Assembly (NCBI RefSeq): GCF_001579945.1
Contig: NZ_CP011971.1
Location: forward strand, 2,702,030 to 2,726,029
Direction: 5' to 3'
Source: Steroidobacter denitrificans
GTDB lineage: Bacteria > Pseudomonadota > Gammaproteobacteria > Steroidobacterales > Steroidobacteraceae
Length of the DNA stretch: 24,000 bases
The notes beneath the pieces are model-generated. The model had not been told where the DNA came from. It saw only the letters and a program-made list of their open reading frames with translations, and searched no databases. Positions 1-10,915 of the stretch are shown here, in pieces; position 1 is the first letter of the stretch, and every line of letters starts with the position of its first letter. The position numbers and the translations under genes are program-made.

Positions 1-190
1 CTTCACCGATTACGGCATCGATCTGGAACTGCGCTTCTGGATCGCCGATCCGCAGGAAGGCGTCAACAACGTGCGTTCCGACGTCAACCGGACCATCTGG
101 CGATTATTCCGCGACAGCAATATCACCATCCCGGCCGCGCAGCGTGAAATCATCATGCGCGATCCGCCGGCGATCGCTCACGACGCATGA
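1..190 (+). CDS. MscS-family mechanosensitive channel, C-terminal fragment (5' end outside window)
   Basis: The frame starting at nt 2 is open from the window edge to TGA at 188-190. The translation is FTDYGIDLELRFWIADPQEGVNNVRSDVNRTIWRLFRDSNITIPAAQREIIMRD. It resembles the C-terminal cytoplasmic domain of MscS-type channels, which ends in an I-x-IP-x-x-QR-like motif. Family assignment is from memory of that pattern only. Confidence 0.6.
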   Translation, partial: FTDYGIDLELRFWIADPQEGVNNVRSDVNRTIWRLFRDSNITIPAAQREIIMRDPPAIAHDA

Positions 191-255
191 GCCGGACCTC
201 GCGGCCATGAGGTAAAGACAATGCGCCTATCCCATGAACCGCCGCATGGATCCGC

Positions 256-657
256 ATGAAAATTCCGGAGGAAGCCGTCGAGTTGCGCTTCATCCGCGCC
301 GGCGGCCCCGGAGGGCAGAATGTCAACAAGGTATCGAGCGCCGTCCAGCTGCGCTGCGATCTGAACGCCTGGCCGGCCCTGCCTGAAGCAGTACGCATCC
401 GGCTGCGCCGGCTGGCGGGCAGACGTCTCACGGACGAAGACGTGATCGTGATCACCGCACAGCGCTTTCGAACCCAGGAGCACAACAAGCGCGATGCGCT
501 CGAACGCCTGTCCGCACTGGTGGCGCAGGCCCGCATCGAGCCCAAGCCACGCAAGCCGACCCGCCCCACGCGCGCATCGCGGGAACGGCGTCTGGAAAGC
601 AAGCAGCAGCGCAGTCAGGTCAAGAGCGGACGGGCGCGGGTGCGCGATCTCGATTAG
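256..657 (+). CDS. arfB: Peptidyl-tRNA hydrolase ArfB (alternative ribosome-rescue factor B, YaeJ family)
   Basis: 133-aa ORF with the class-I release-factor GGQ motif (RAGGPGGQNVNKVSSAV). It also has the basic Lys/Arg-rich C-terminal tail typical of ArfB, and the size fits. Confidence 0.9.
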   Translation: MKIPEEAVELRFIRAGGPGGQNVNKVSSAVQLRCDLNAWPALPEAVRIRLRRLAGRRLTDEDVIVITAQRFRTQEHNKRDALERLSALVAQARIEPKPRKPTRPTRASRERRLESKQQRSQVKSGRARVRDLD

Positions 658-759
658 GCTCGAGCCTCGCCACAAGCGCCCTCGGCCGAATGCGCTCGCC
701 CCTCGGCCGAATGGACACCGCGGTCTCGCCGCAAGCCCGGCGGCGGATGCAACATATGC

Positions 760-3207
760 TTACCGGTGCGTCACCTGCAGCACACTGTTGCGTATCTGCT
801 CGTGCAATACCATCTGCGCATCGTCGGCGACGGCCGGCAGCATGTCCGTATAGGTCAGCCGCCCCTCGGCGCTCACGCCGAGTACGCCGCGCGCCCGCAA
901 CAGGTCGATGAATTTCTTGAACAATGTCTTGTCGAAGAATTCCGGTGAGTTCAACTCGTAGAGCAGCGACATGCGTTGCGCCATCAGCTGGCACTGAGAC
1001 TCCAGCGCATCCTGGCTGACGCGCCCGCTGCCGGATTTCAACAGCACCGAAATGACCAGGTAATAACGCTCGATGATCTGCACGGTGACCTGTGCGAGCA
1101 CCGACAGCTGGACCGCTTCCGTGGAACCGGTCGCCGGCCGCCGCCACTGCGCGCCGGCCTCGCTGGACTCCAGCAAGCCGTGATTCGCCAGATCGTCCAG
1201 CGTCTCGCTCACCGCCGCGGCGATTTCCGCCTCGCTCCAGCGCAGAAACAGTTCATCGCGCACATAGGGATAGATGCGCCACATCAGCCGTTGGATATCC
1301 TCGGTACGAACCGTCCGGTTGTTCAGGAAGCAGCACGCGATCAGCGACGGCAACGCCATGAGATGCAGCACATTATTGCGGAAGTAGGTCATGAGCACGG
1401 AGTTCTCTTCCGTCATCTTCAGGACGTCGCCCAGCGGATGCCTGAGCCTCTGGATCACGCCCATGCTTTCGGCATGCCGCAGCATCGAGGCGCCATCCGC
1501 CCGCGTGATCCACACCTGCGCGGAATACGGCGCCTGGCGCAGCAGCGAGGCATAGAGTTCCAGCTGACGCACCAGGTCGCTCTCCAGCATCGACTGCTTG
1601 GGTGTGGCGAGCAGCACCAGCGCCAGCAGGTTGATCGGCGTGACGCAGGCCGCCGCGTTGATATGGGTCATGATGCGCCCGGCCAGTTCACCGACGGCAG
1701 CCGTGAGCCAGGGCGGACGCTCCTGTTTTTCGGCACTGCCGGGCGTGCGATCCGGTACGTAGCGGGCCAGTATTTCGTCGAGATGGATGGCCTCGCCGAA
1801 ACTGACATGCACCTTGCCGAAGCGCCGCCGCAGCGCCGGCAAGGTGCGCAGGATGCCGAACACGGTTTCCTTTCGCTTGGGCCTGCCGGACAGCTCGCTG
1901 ATATAGGTCTCGCCCTCGACGAGCCGTTCATAGCCGAAATACACCGGCAGGAACACGATCGGGCGACGGGGTTCGCGCAGATAGCTGCGCAGGGTCATCG
2001 ACAGCATGCCGGTCTTCGGCTGCAATAACCGTCCGGTGCGGCTGCGGCCGCCTTCGATGAAATACTCGATCGAATGCCCGCGAGCCATCATCAGGCCGAG
2101 GTATTTCATGAACACCATCGTGTACAGCGCGTTGCCCTTGAAGCTGCGGCGCATGTAGAACGCCCCGCCCTTGCGCAGGAAACGCCCCACGACCGGCATG
2201 TTGAGATTGATGCCTGCCGCGACGTGCGGCACCGCATAGCCCTTGTAATACACCGCGTAGGACAACAGTAGATAGTCGATATGACTGCGATGACAGGGCA
2301 CATAGACGACCTCGTTGCTCTCGGCGATCTTTTGCAGCTGTTCGACATTGTGCAAATCGACGCCGTCGTAGAGTCGCGTCCAGAACCAAGTCAGCCCGCG
2401 GGCCATGAACGCCACGAAAATATGCGAATAATTCGCCGCGATTTCGTCGATATATCCTCGCGCGAGCTGCAAAGCTGCGCGTCGCGGAATCTTTCGGGCG
2501 CGCATTTCATCCGCCATGGCCTTGCGCACGGCGGCGGCGCGCAGCACCTGGGTTGCAATCGTGCGCTGGTGCGACAGATCCGGGCCGATCGCCGCGCTGC
2601 GCTGCCGCGCCAGCAAAGTGCGCAGATTGCGCGCGATGCGTCGCACGGCCCGCGCTTCGTCCGGGCCTTCATCGACCCCGGCACGCAGCGAGACCGGTTC
2701 GCCGAATTGCACGAACAAGTTGCGCGCGTTCACCAGGACCGACAGCAAGCGGCGGAACCGTCCGACGCGCGTCCAATTCTCCGCCAGCAGCATCCGCAGC
2801 CAGGAACCTTCACGATCCGGCGCCCGACCCCACAGGACGGTCACGGGAACGAACTCCACCTCGAGTTCGGGATCGGCCGCCGCCGCCGCCACCCAGCGGC
2901 GCAGCGGCGCCTGGATGCGATGATCGATGCGATCGCCCCAGAACCCCGCCCGCCGCTCCATGAACACGACCGCCTCCGGCGGCAGCGGTGCCGGCAGCCC
3001 CTGCAGAGGCGCCGGCAACCCATGCGCCGCACAGACTTTCTCCAGCACGATCAGATCGGCAATGCCGCGGCGCTCCAGCACATAGCAGATCACACGCTCC
3101 CGCCGGCCGTAGCGGCGCTGCAAGTCCTCGGACAGAACATGCGGGCGAGCCAGGCGGGACAGCGGCGCGCGCGTCAGGCGCAGCCAGAATCGTTCGAGCC
3201 TTTGCAT
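760..3207 (-). CDS. plsB: Glycerol-3-phosphate 1-O-acyltransferase PlsB
   Basis: 815-aa ORF with the HX4D acyltransferase motif (CHRSHIDYLLLS), followed by FIEGGRSRTGRLL and VPVYFGYE blocks. Length and layout match PlsB. Confidence 0.93.
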   Translation of the reverse strand: MQRLERFWLRLTRAPLSRLARPHVLSEDLQRRYGRRERVICYVLERRGIADLIVLEKVCAAHGLPAPLQGLPAPLPPEAVVFMERRAGFWGDRIDHRIQAPLRRWVAAAAADPELEVEFVPVTVLWGRAPDREGSWLRMLLAENWTRVGRFRRLLSVLVNARNLFVQFGEPVSLRAGVDEGPDEARAVRRIARNLRTLLARQRSAAIGPDLSHQRTIATQVLRAAAVRKAMADEMRARKIPRRAALQLARGYIDEIAANYSHIFVAFMARGLTWFWTRLYDGVDLHNVEQLQKIAESNEVVYVPCHRSHIDYLLLSYAVYYKGYAVPHVAAGINLNMPVVGRFLRKGGAFYMRRSFKGNALYTMVFMKYLGLMMARGHSIEYFIEGGRSRTGRLLQPKTGMLSMTLRSYLREPRRPIVFLPVYFGYERLVEGETYISELSGRPKRKETVFGILRTLPALRRRFGKVHVSFGEAIHLDEILARYVPDRTPGSAEKQERPPWLTAAVGELAGRIMTHINAAACVTPINLLALVLLATPKQSMLESDLVRQLELYASLLRQAPYSAQVWITRADGASMLRHAESMGVIQRLRHPLGDVLKMTEENSVLMTYFRNNVLHLMALPSLIACCFLNNRTVRTEDIQRLMWRIYPYVRDELFLRWSEAEIAAAVSETLDDLANHGLLESSEAGAQWRRPATGSTEAVQLSVLAQVTVQIIERYYLVISVLLKSGSGRVSQDALESQCQLMAQRMSLLYELNSPEFFDKTLFKKFIDLLRARGVLGVSAEGRLTYTDMLPAVADDAQMVLHEQIRNSVLQVTHR

Positions 3208-3282
3208 CGATTTATTCTTGTTATCGAATCCCGCACGTCGCTCAACAGCTGCAAGCCGTTTCGGCGCGGTCCAGCTGCCCGA

Positions 3283-3525
3283 TCAAGGATCGCCTCCCTC
3301 GGCTCGCTCCAACGCGCGGTCCAGCGCCTGCTTGTGCTGCCGGGTGATGTCCTCCACTTCGCGCGCACGATCCATGGTGCCCACCATATCGTCCAGCACC
3401 GTTTCCCTGACGTCCGGGGAATCCGCAGGCTCCGCATCCCGCGAGGCCGGCGCTTGAGAGGAGCCGCAAGCCGCCAGCAGCAGCCATGCGAACATCATGA
3501 AGCCGAGACGTTGAAATGGGATCAT
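3283..3525 (-). CDS. Small predicted lipoprotein, unknown function
   Basis: The track ORF is 3283-3606. An internal ATG at 3525 is preceded by GAGG with a 7-nt spacer. It gives MIPFQRLGFMMFAWLLLAACGSS, a signal peptide with an LLAAC lipobox. That start also avoids overlap with the upstream gene, which ends at 3545. Confidence 0.5.
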   Translation of the reverse strand: MIPFQRLGFMMFAWLLLAACGSSQAPASRDAEPADSPDVRETVLDDMVGTMDRAREVEDITRQHKQALDRALERAEGGDP

Positions 3526-3544
3526 CGAGGAGCCTCGCAGTCGG

Positions 3545-4060
3545 TCACGGAGCATGATCGTCGCATATGCGGCGCAGGAACAGCTCCAGATAATCGCAGA
3601 TCTCATCGATATTCGCCGTCAGGCGATGATCCGAATCGATCAGGTGCAATACCGCCTTGTATTGCCGTGCCCAGCGAATGACATTGTCCGGCGGCACCAC
3701 CTCGTCGTTCCATCCTTGCACGATCATGACGGGACAGGAGGCCGGCTGCGGCGTGTGCTGCTCATACCCCGGCATATAGAATGCTGGTGCCAGCAAAAAC
3801 AGTCCGGCGGCCGGCACCTGGCTACAGACTGAGGCAGCGACATGACCGCCCATACTGGAACCGACCAGGATCAGCTCGCCCGGCAGATCCCGGCAAACCT
3901 GCAGCACGCGCTGCACACGCGCCTGCGGCGCCATGCCACGCTGGTCCACCGATTCCACGCTCAGTCCGTGCCGGCGCGCCACCGCCGCCATGGCGAGGAT
4001 CTTCGTCCCCCAGGGTTCGCCGTCCTGGCCGTGGCAAAAAACGATATGAGAGCGGCTCAT
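3545..4060 (-). CDS. Alpha/beta-fold hydrolase (YqiA-like esterase)
   Basis: 171 aa with the nucleophile elbow GSSMGG and later candidate Asp (GWNDEVVP) and His (DSDHRL) residues. The N-terminus [10 protein letters not shown] is typical of small serine esterases. The start overlaps the ttcA stop (ATGA at 4057-4060). Confidence 0.7.
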   Translation of the reverse strand: MSRSHIVFCHGQDGEPWGTKILAMAAVARRHGLSVESVDQRGMAPQARVQRVLQVCRDLPGELILVGSSMGGHVAASVCSQVPAAGLFLLAPAFYMPGYEQHTPQPASCPVMIVQGWNDEVVPPDNVIRWARQYKAVLHLIDSDHRLTANIDEICDYLELFLRRICDDHAP

Positions 4061-4911
4061 CGCCTTCCCTGCCCGGCGAAGGCCGATTCACCCCGGAGCC
4101 GGCCTTCGCCGGGCGACACCTCGCCGGCCGGGACGGAGCCGGCGGAAGAGAACCCGAACAGGCTCCTATCGGCCAGATGCGAAGGCACCACGTTGCAAAT
4201 ACTGGAAAAAATCGTCTCGATGCGGCCCGGATGGCGCCGTTCCCATTCGTGCAGCATTTTCTTGATCTCCATGCGCTGCATATTGTCCTGCGATCCGCAC
4301 AGGGAGCAAGGTATCAGCGGAAACTGGCGCGCACGCGCATAGCGCTCGATATCGGCTTCGGCGACATAGGCCAGCGGCCGGATGACGATGTGGCGGCCAT
4401 CCTCGGAATGCAGACGCGGCGGCATCGCCTTGAGCTTGCCGCCGAAGAACATGTTCAAGAACAGCGTCTCCACGATGTCATCGCGATGATGGCCCAGGGC
4501 CACCTTGGTGATGCCGTTCTCGGCCGCATAGCGATACAGGGCGCCGCGGCGCATGCGGGAACATAGGCCGCACATGGTCTTGCCTTCGGGAATGACGCGC
4601 TTGACGACGCTGTAGGTGTCCTGATCGATGATATGGAAAGGCACGCCCAGGTCGGTGAGATAATCCGGCAGTACGTGGGCGGGAAAACCGGGCTGTTTCT
4701 GGTCGAGATTGACCGCGATCAGCTCGAATTGCACCGGTGCACTGCGCTGCAGCGACATCAGGATGTCCAGCAGGGTATAGGAATCCTTGCCGCCCGACAG
4801 GCAGACCATCACCCGGTCGCCCCCTTCGATCATGCCGAAATCCTCGATCGCCTTGCCGACCAGGCCTCGCAGCCGCGCCTGCAGGCGCTTGAAGTTGTTC
4901 GAAACATTCAT
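4057..4911 (-). CDS. ttcA: tRNA 2-thiocytidine(32) biosynthesis protein TtcA
   Basis: 284 aa with the PP-loop SGGKDS and Cys motifs [10 protein letters not shown] and CSLCGSQ. Overall collinearity with TtcA. Confidence 0.9.
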   Translation of the reverse strand: MNVSNNFKRLQARLRGLVGKAIEDFGMIEGGDRVMVCLSGGKDSYTLLDILMSLQRSAPVQFELIAVNLDQKQPGFPAHVLPDYLTDLGVPFHIIDQDTYSVVKRVIPEGKTMCGLCSRMRRGALYRYAAENGITKVALGHHRDDIVETLFLNMFFGGKLKAMPPRLHSEDGRHIVIRPLAYVAEADIERYARARQFPLIPCSLCGSQDNMQRMEIKKMLHEWERRHPGRIETIFSSICNVVPSHLADRSLFGFSSAGSVPAGEVSPGEGRLRGESAFAGQGRR

Positions 4912-4955
4912 TCCTAAAATTCTCCACTCCGGGCGCGGCGCGGCCGCCGAGGCGC

Positions 4956-7900
4956 TCAGCGCCGATCGGCGTCCTGAGCGGGCGCGGCGCGGCCGGCGGC
5001 GTGACGCAATTTTTCTATCTGGTGCGCCACATGCTCGGGTGTATGCGTATTACGAGCCAGAAAGCCATAGGCGATCGGCACGACATACAGTGTCAGCAGC
5101 AACGAAAAAATCACGCCATAGACGACCACGGCGCCGATCGCGGTGCGGGCCTCGGAGCCCGCGCCCGTGGCCAGCAGCAGCGGCACCGCGCCGAACGCCA
5201 TGCACAGGCTGGTCATGATCACCGGCCGCAGCCGGATCGCGGCCGAACGGATGACGGCCTCATGAAACGCCACGCCGCGATCGCGCAACTGGTTGGCGAA
5301 TTCGACGATCAAGATGCCGTTCTTGGCGGCCAGGCCGATCAGCATGATGGCGCCGATCTGACTGTATACATTGACCGATCCGGAAGTCGCCCAAAGCCCC
5401 AGCAATGCGCCGGTCACGGCCAGCGGCACCGTGAGCATGATGATGAACGGATGGCGAAAACTTTCGAATTGGGCGGCGAGCACCAGGAACACGATCACCA
5501 GCGCCAACACGAAGGTCAGGTATAGGGCGCTGCCGGAACGCTTGAATTCGCGCGATTCGCCATCGTAACCGATCTGCGCGTGGGGCGGCAATTCCGTGCG
5601 CACCAGGTTTTCCATGTAATTCAACGCATCACCAAGCGCGTATCCTGGATTCAGACTGGCGGAGATCGTGATCGCCCGCAGCCGATCGAAACGCTTCAGT
5701 TCCTTGGGTCCGGCACTTTCCTGCACGCTCACCAAGTTCGACAACGGTACCAGGGTATCGGTCGTGGCGGAGCGCACATAGATGTTCGCCAGATCCTTCG
5801 GCGTGGCGCGGTCGTGCTCGCGCGCCTGCAGGATCACGTTGTATTCCTCGCCGCGATCCAGAAAGGTGGTGACGATGCGCGAGCCCATCATGGTTTCCAG
5901 CGTGCGCCCGACCGCCGTCAGCGACACGCCTAAATCGGCGGCACGGTTACGATCGATGGACACATCCAGCTGCGGCTTGCGTGAATAAAAATCGGAACTC
6001 AGGTTCGACAACCCCGGATTCTCCACGGCCTTTTGCATAACGATGTCGCGCCAGCGAGCCAGCTCCTCATAATCGCCGCCGCGCAGCACGATCTGCACGG
6101 GCGAGCCGCCGCCGCGGATGCCCAGCCCCGCGGGCGTGATGACCGTGACGCGCACGCCGGCCAGGCTCTGCAACTGCGGCCGCAGCCGCGCGGCAATCTG
6201 CTGTGCGGATTCGGTGCGTTCATCGAAGTTCGACAACACCAGCAGCAGACGCCCGACGCTCACATCGCCGCCGCCACCCCAGTCACCGCTGCGCGTCATG
6301 ACCCGGCTGACATTGCCTCGCCGTACTTCCTGCGCAACGATCGCCTCGGCCTGGGCCAGGTAGCGGCCCATATACTGCAGGCTGGCGCCTTCGGGTCCGG
6401 TCAACACGATCATGACGCGCTGGCGATCCTCCGCGGGGGTGTATTCCGCCGGCAGCAGCTTGAACAGCACCACACCGAGCAGAAGCGACAGCACACCGGC
6501 GCCGATGACCCAGGCGGGGACGGCCTGCGCCTTGCGCAACGAAGCCTCGTAGCAAGCCGAGAACCAGCGAAAGAAGCGCTCCACCGCATGCGCCAATCGG
6601 CCGCGCACGATGCCCTTGTCGAAGATCCTGGAGCACAGCATGGGCACCAGTGTCAGCGATACCAGTGCCGAGAACGCCACCGCCGCGGCGATCGTGATGC
6701 CGAACTCGCCGAACAACCGACCGACATTGCCCGGAATGAACGAGATCGGCAGGAACACGGCGATCAGCACCAGGGTCGTGGCGATGACCGCGAAGGCGAT
6801 TTCACGCGAGCCATCCAGCGCGGCCAGCAGCGGCGCTTCGCCCTGCTCGATGCGCCGCACGATGTTTTCCAGCACGACGATGGCATCATCCACGACCAGG
6901 CCGATCGCCAGCACCGCACCCAGCAAGGTCAGTACATTGATGGAAAAACCCGCGACAGCCATGACCAGACCGGCCGAAATGATCGAGACCGGAATCGTCA
7001 GCGCCGGAATGATCGTGGCACGCATCGTGCCCAGGAACAGATAGATCACGATCAACACCAGCAACAACGCCACGATCAGCGCATGGATCACCTCGTTGAT
7101 CGATTCGCTCACGAAGATCGTGTCGTCGGCATGGACCTGCAGGCGGATATCCGCAGGCAAGGTTTCGCCGATACTGGCCAGTTCCCGGCGCACACCCCGG
7201 GAAACCTCCAGCACATTGGCCGTGGATTGCGGCACGATCCCCAGGCTCACGCCGGGCCGGCCGTTGGTGCGCGCGAAATTGCGTAAATCCTCGGCGCCGA
7301 GCTCAACGTCGGCGACCTCTCCCAGGCGCACCAGGTAGCCGTCCGCGCCGCGCCCCACGACCAGCGAGCGAAAATCCTCGGGCTTGCGCAGGCCGGCGTC
7401 GGTGCGCAAGGTAAACTCGCGCTCCAGGGATTCGATACGGCCGGCCGGCAGTTCGACATTTTCGGCGCGCAGCGCCGCCTCGACATCCTGTACCGTGAGC
7501 TGGCGCGCCGCCAACGCCTGGCGATCCAGCCAGATGCGCATGGCGTAGCGCCGTTCACCCGAAATGCGCACCTGCGCCACCCCCTCGACCACCGAGAGCC
7601 GGTCGACCAGGTAGCGTTTGGCGTAATCCGTCACCTCCAGTTGGGAGCGATGCGTACTGTCCAGGCTGAGCCACATGATCGCATCGGAACCGGTATCGAC
7701 CTTGGCGACTTCAGGCGGATCGGCTTCCACCGGCAGATCGCCCAACACCCGCGAAACCCGATCGCGCACATCGTTCGCCGCCGACTCGATATCGCGTCCC
7801 AGGCTGAATTCGATATTGATGCGTGAGCGCTCCTCCATGCTGGTGGAACGCAGCGTATCGATGCCTTCCAGGCCGGCGATCTGATTCTCGATGAGCTGGG

Positions 7901-8090
7901 TGATCTTGGACTCGACGATTTCCGCCGATGCGCCTCGATACAAGGTATCGATACTGACGATGGCAGGCTGCACATCGGGTGTTTCACGTACCGTGAGGCG
8001 CGTGGCCGCCATCACACCCAGGATCGTCAGCAGCAAGCTCACGACCATCGCGAAGACGGGGCGCCGAATGGAAATATCGGACAGGATCAT
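4956..8090 (-). CDS. RND-family efflux transporter, inner-membrane permease (AcrB/HAE1-like)
   Basis: 1044 aa with the typical N-terminus [16 protein letters not shown]. Large periplasmic loops alternate with TM bundles, and [12 protein letters not shown] and [10 protein letters not shown] blocks are present. The start overlaps the adaptor stop (ATGA at 8087-8090). Confidence 0.93.
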   Translation of the reverse strand: MILSDISIRRPVFAMVVSLLLTILGVMAATRLTVRETPDVQPAIVSIDTLYRGASAEIVESKITQLIENQIAGLEGIDTLRSTSMEERSRINIEFSLGRDIESAANDVRDRVSRVLGDLPVEADPPEVAKVDTGSDAIMWLSLDSTHRSQLEVTDYAKRYLVDRLSVVEGVAQVRISGERRYAMRIWLDRQALAARQLTVQDVEAALRAENVELPAGRIESLEREFTLRTDAGLRKPEDFRSLVVGRGADGYLVRLGEVADVELGAEDLRNFARTNGRPGVSLGIVPQSTANVLEVSRGVRRELASIGETLPADIRLQVHADDTIFVSESINEVIHALIVALLLVLIVIYLFLGTMRATIIPALTIPVSIISAGLVMAVAGFSINVLTLLGAVLAIGLVVDDAIVVLENIVRRIEQGEAPLLAALDGSREIAFAVIATTLVLIAVFLPISFIPGNVGRLFGEFGITIAAAVAFSALVSLTLVPMLCSRIFDKGIVRGRLAHAVERFFRWFSACYEASLRKAQAVPAWVIGAGVLSLLLGVVLFKLLPAEYTPAEDRQRVMIVLTGPEGASLQYMGRYLAQAEAIVAQEVRRGNVSRVMTRSGDWGGGGDVSVGRLLLVLSNFDERTESAQQIAARLRPQLQSLAGVRVTVITPAGLGIRGGGSPVQIVLRGGDYEELARWRDIVMQKAVENPGLSNLSSDFYSRKPQLDVSIDRNRAADLGVSLTAVGRTLETMMGSRIVTTFLDRGEEYNVILQAREHDRATPKDLANIYVRSATTDTLVPLSNLVSVQESAGPKELKRFDRLRAITISASLNPGYALGDALNYMENLVRTELPPHAQIGYDGESREFKRSGSALYLTFVLALVIVFLVLAAQFESFRHPFIIMLTVPLAVTGALLGLWATSGSVNVYSQIGAIMLIGLAAKNGILIVEFANQLRDRGVAFHEAVIRSAAIRLRPVIMTSLCMAFGAVPLLLATGAGSEARTAIGAVVVYGVIFSLLLTLYVVPIAYGFLARNTHTPEHVAHQIEKLRHAAGRAAPAQDADRR

Positions 8091-9367
8091 GTCGCGCCGG
8101 GGCCGGGGCGCTCGCCCAGCGCGTCCAGCAAGACCTCGGTACCCGCATCCGGCCCGCCGGCATCCGCTTCCACCCGGACGCGGGCGCCGTCATGCACATT
8201 GAGCGTGCCGTCGGTGACGATCTGGTCCTGCGGCGTCAGGCCCTGCAGGATCTCCACTTCGCCGGGACGCCGCCGCCCGATCTCCACCTGGCGCTTGTAC
8301 ACCCGTCCCTCGTCCACGACGAACACGAAATGTCGGGAATCTTCCGGAACGATCGCACCTTCGGGAATCAGCAGCGCCGCGCCTTCCTCGCGTACCAGCT
8401 TCAGATTCATGAACATGCCAGGGCGCAACCTGTCGTCGCGGTTGTCGATCAATGCGCGGATGCCGATCGAACGACTGATCGGATCGAGCCGCGTGGCTAC
8501 GCTGGCGACACGGCCGGTGAATATCTCGCCCGGATATGCCGTGCTGCGTGCCTCGATCGTCAAACCCGGCTGCAGAACCGCCATGAAAAGCTCCGGAACC
8601 GAAAAATCCAGCTTCACGATGCTCAAATCATCCAGCGTCGTGATGATCTGTCCCGGGCTGACGAGTCCGCCGAGACTGACGTTGCGCAAGCCCACGCGCC
8701 CGGCGAACGGGGCGATGATCCGGCGATCTTCCAGCCGCGAGCGCGCGGCGACGGCCCGTGCCTCGTTGGCCTGCAAGGCGGCCCGGAGCTGATCGAGTTG
8801 CGCCTCGGACAGCGCCTGCGTCGCATAGAGTTCCTGACTGCGGCGGTACTGGCTGCGGCTGTCGCCGGCGGCGGCCTCCGCGGCGGCCAGATCGGCACGC
8901 GGCTCGCTGCTCTCCAGTTCGACCAGCAGTTGTCCCTTGCGCACCTGCTGGCCTTCCTCGAAATGGATCGCAACGACACGATCGGCCACCTTCGCGGTGA
9001 TATCGACGGACTCGTTGGCGCGGACGGTACCCAGCGCCTCGACCTCCCGCGCGAATGTCTTGCGCTCCGGATAGGTGGTATGGACCGCCGTTGCGGCGGT
9101 GCCGGGACCAGCAGCGGCCGGCAACGACGCCACCGGCAGGGACGATCGAGTGGCAAACAGATACCCGGCTGCGGCGATGGCCGCGAGGATCCCTGCTGCG
9201 ATGATCAGGTGTCGCCGGACCGCAGGCCGAATCATCGCGCCATTCGCGGCCGGCGTACCGGACTCATCGTCCGCGGCCGGCGCATCGATGCCGTCGCCCG
9301 AAGCGGACGATTCCGACCCCCGGCTGATGATGGGTGGATCGGGAACCCGGCGAGGCGAATAACTCAC
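8087..9367 (-). CDS. RND efflux periplasmic adaptor (membrane fusion protein, HlyD/AcrA family)
   Basis: Contains one TM/signal anchor (HLIIAAGILAAIAAAGYLF), an Ala/Arg/Gln-rich coiled-coil hairpin, and IIAPFAGRVG. It is translationally coupled to the permease. The start is uncertain. The track uses GTG 9499. I prefer GTG 9367, which has AAGG 6 nt upstream, and third-position GC rises downstream of it. ATG 9235 and ATG 9418 are alternatives. Confidence 0.85.
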   Translation of the reverse strand: MSYSPRRVPDPPIISRGSESSASGDGIDAPAADDESGTPAANGAMIRPAVRRHLIIAAGILAAIAAAGYLFATRSSLPVASLPAAAGPGTAATAVHTTYPERKTFAREVEALGTVRANESVDITAKVADRVVAIHFEEGQQVRKGQLLVELESSEPRADLAAAEAAAGDSRSQYRRSQELYATQALSEAQLDQLRAALQANEARAVAARSRLEDRRIIAPFAGRVGLRNVSLGGLVSPGQIITTLDDLSIVKLDFSVPELFMAVLQPGLTIEARSTAYPGEIFTGRVASVATRLDPISRSIGIRALIDNRDDRLRPGMFMNLKLVREEGAALLIPEGAIVPEDSRHFVFVVDEGRVYKRQVEIGRRRPGEVEILQGLTPQDQIVTDGTLNVHDGARVRVEADAGGPDAGTEVLLDALGERPGPGAT

Positions 9368-9560
9368 GGCCAGCCTTGATGCATCTCTAAGTCCAGTCAG
9401 GCGCCGCGGGTGCGGCATCAACGAGATCCACGCCCGGAGCCGAGCGTCCCGGTAGGATTGAGAGTGAATTGTACCGGCTAAGTTCAGTATTGCCGGCACG
9501 CCGGCCGGAATCCCGGCGAACTGAATCCGTTATCGCCGGGGCGCCCGACAATACCGAACC

Positions 9561-9584
9561 GCGGGTGAGCGCATTCTCACCCGC
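9561..9584 (-). terminator. GC-rich hairpin downstream of cysK (possible weak intrinsic terminator)
   Basis: GCGGGTGAG-cgcatt-CTCACCCGC forms a 9-bp stem with a 6-nt loop. It begins 22 nt after the cysK stop on the minus strand. The trailing sequence (GGUUCGGUAUUGU) is only moderately U-rich, so this is not a textbook terminator. Confidence 0.3.
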
Positions 9585-9605
9585 GCAGGTGCCTCCCCCG
9601 CCGGA

Positions 9606-10550
9606 CTAAAGCGGTTCGGCGTCGGAGGCTTCGTTGATACCTTCGAATAAAGGCGTGGACAAATAGCGTTCCCCGGTATCCGGCAGCATGGCCAGAATTA
9701 TCGAACCCTGCGGCGCACCCTGTGCGACCTGCAGTGCGGCCGCAAACGTCGCGCCCGAGGAAATACCGCAAAAAATACCTTCCTTCGACGCAAGCTCACG
9801 TGAATACTGGATCGCCGCGTCATCCGTCACCGTGACGATCTGGTCGCAGACCGAGCGATTCAGTACGGCCGGCACGAAGTCGGGCGTCCAGCCTTGGACT
9901 TTGTGGGATTTGAACTCCGCCCCCGTCAGCAAAGACGCATTGGCCGGCTCTGCGGCGATAATGCGGGTCTGCGGCCGCGCCTTCTTGATGATTTCCCCGG
10001 CGCCCGTCAGGGTGCCGCCGGTACCCCAGCCGCTCACCCAGAAGTCGAGGCGCCGGCCGGCGAAATCGCTGAGGATTTCCGGGCCGGTGGTATTGCGGTG
10101 ATACGCCGGGTTCGCCTCGTTCTCGAACTGGCGCGCCAGAAACCAGCCATGCTTCTGCGCCAGTTCCGCGGCCTTGACCACCATGCCGCTGGCCCGCCCG
10201 GCCGCGGGGGTCAGCACAACCTTGGCACCCAGCATACGCATGACCTTGCGGCGTTCCACCGAGAAGGACTCCGCCATCACGGCGACGAAGGGATAGCCCT
10301 TTGCCGCACAGACCATGGCCAGCGCAATGCCGGTATTGCCGGAAGTGGCCTCGACCACCGTCTGCCCCGGTTTCAGCACGCCGCGCTGCTCCGCGTCCTC
10401 GATGATGGCGATCGCCAGGCGATCCTTCACCGACGCCAGCGGGTTGAAGAACTCGCATTTCACATACATCTCGACATGCGCTGGGGCGAGCCGATTTATC
10501 TTGACGATGGGTGTGCGGCCGATCGTACCGAGTATGTTGTCGTAGATCAT
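9606..10550 (-). CDS. cysK: Cysteine synthase A (O-acetylserine sulfhydrylase)
   Basis: 314 aa with the PLP-lysine motif NPLASVKDR, plus TSGNTG, GWGTGGTLTG, GISSGA and a C-terminal GERYLSTPLF. Confidence 0.9.
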   Translation of the reverse strand: MIYDNILGTIGRTPIVKINRLAPAHVEMYVKCEFFNPLASVKDRLAIAIIEDAEQRGVLKPGQTVVEATSGNTGIALAMVCAAKGYPFVAVMAESFSVERRKVMRMLGAKVVLTPAAGRASGMVVKAAELAQKHGWFLARQFENEANPAYHRNTTGPEILSDFAGRRLDFWVSGWGTGGTLTGAGEIIKKARPQTRIIAAEPANASLLTGAEFKSHKVQGWTPDFVPAVLNRSVCDQIVTVTDDAAIQYSRELASKEGIFCGISSGATFAAALQVAQGAPQGSIILAMLPDTGERYLSTPLFEGINEASDAEPL

Positions 10551-10613
10551 GGTGTTTGCTGATGTTTGGTCTAACGATGAAAAAAGCAGGATGGCTCGAG
10601 GACACCCTGGATA

Positions 10614-10706
10614 TTATTTCCAGAGCGTTATTCCCAGGATGTTATTCCCAAGACGGACCTGTGAGGCGATAATGGTACCAGCCCTGCATCCAGCAGGCTT
10701 ATTCCA
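10614..10706. repeat. Four copies of a TTATT(T)CCA motif in the cysK/glgA divergent intergenic region
   Basis: The copies are ttatttcca (10614-10622), ttattccca (10628-10636), ttattccca (10642-10650) and ttattcca (10699-10706). The two central copies are exact GTTATTCCCA decamers 14 bp apart. They lie 64-156 bp upstream of the cysK start. Confidence 0.4.
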
Positions 10707-10915
10707 TTATTGCACTGCCTAATGCCTGTGGTTAGGGTAACCGCCCTGGTCTGCAGGCGATGGCGTATGCCGCAGACCGTACGATACCCGCTCCGGGTTG
10801 CCGGCGTTCGCCGGCATGCAGCTTTCGCAGGGGGCCGTCTCGCCCACAAGCGCACCGGTCCAAGGACCGTTTTTCCTGCCCACCGCCGTCCCACCCATTC
10901 CAGACATCTCTCTAC

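Noticed and set aside
656-713. A 12-bp palindrome AGGCTCGAGCCT at the arfB stop, and two direct copies of CTCGGCCGAATG (681-692, 702-713), between convergent arfB and plsB
   Set aside because: The palindrome leaves no loop for a hairpin, and there is no U-tract. The repeats are short and in GC-rich DNA. This is not enough to call a terminator or an element.
976-3681. Long plus-strand ORFs (976-2028, 350 aa; 2281-3681, 466 aa) opposite plsB
   Set aside because: They are antisense to a confidently identified plsB. Their products are Arg/Gly/Pro/His-rich with no recognisable motifs, which is a typical GC-rich antisense artefact.
4956-9367. RND permease plus adaptor without an outer-membrane factor gene
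   Set aside because: Two-gene RND operons that borrow a TolC-like protein encoded elsewhere are common, so this is not unusual.
6033-9379. Plus-strand ORFs 6033-7286 (417 aa) and 8192-9379 (395 aa) opposite the RND permease and adaptor
   Set aside because: They are antisense to strongly supported efflux genes, and their composition (runs of R, D, H, Q, G) is not protein-like.
9483-9525. Second imperfect hairpin (ttcagtattgccgg / ccggcgaactgaa) upstream of the adaptor gene
   Set aside because: The stem is imperfect and GC-driven, with no U-tract on either strand. It could be part of the efflux operon leader, but I cannot support any function.
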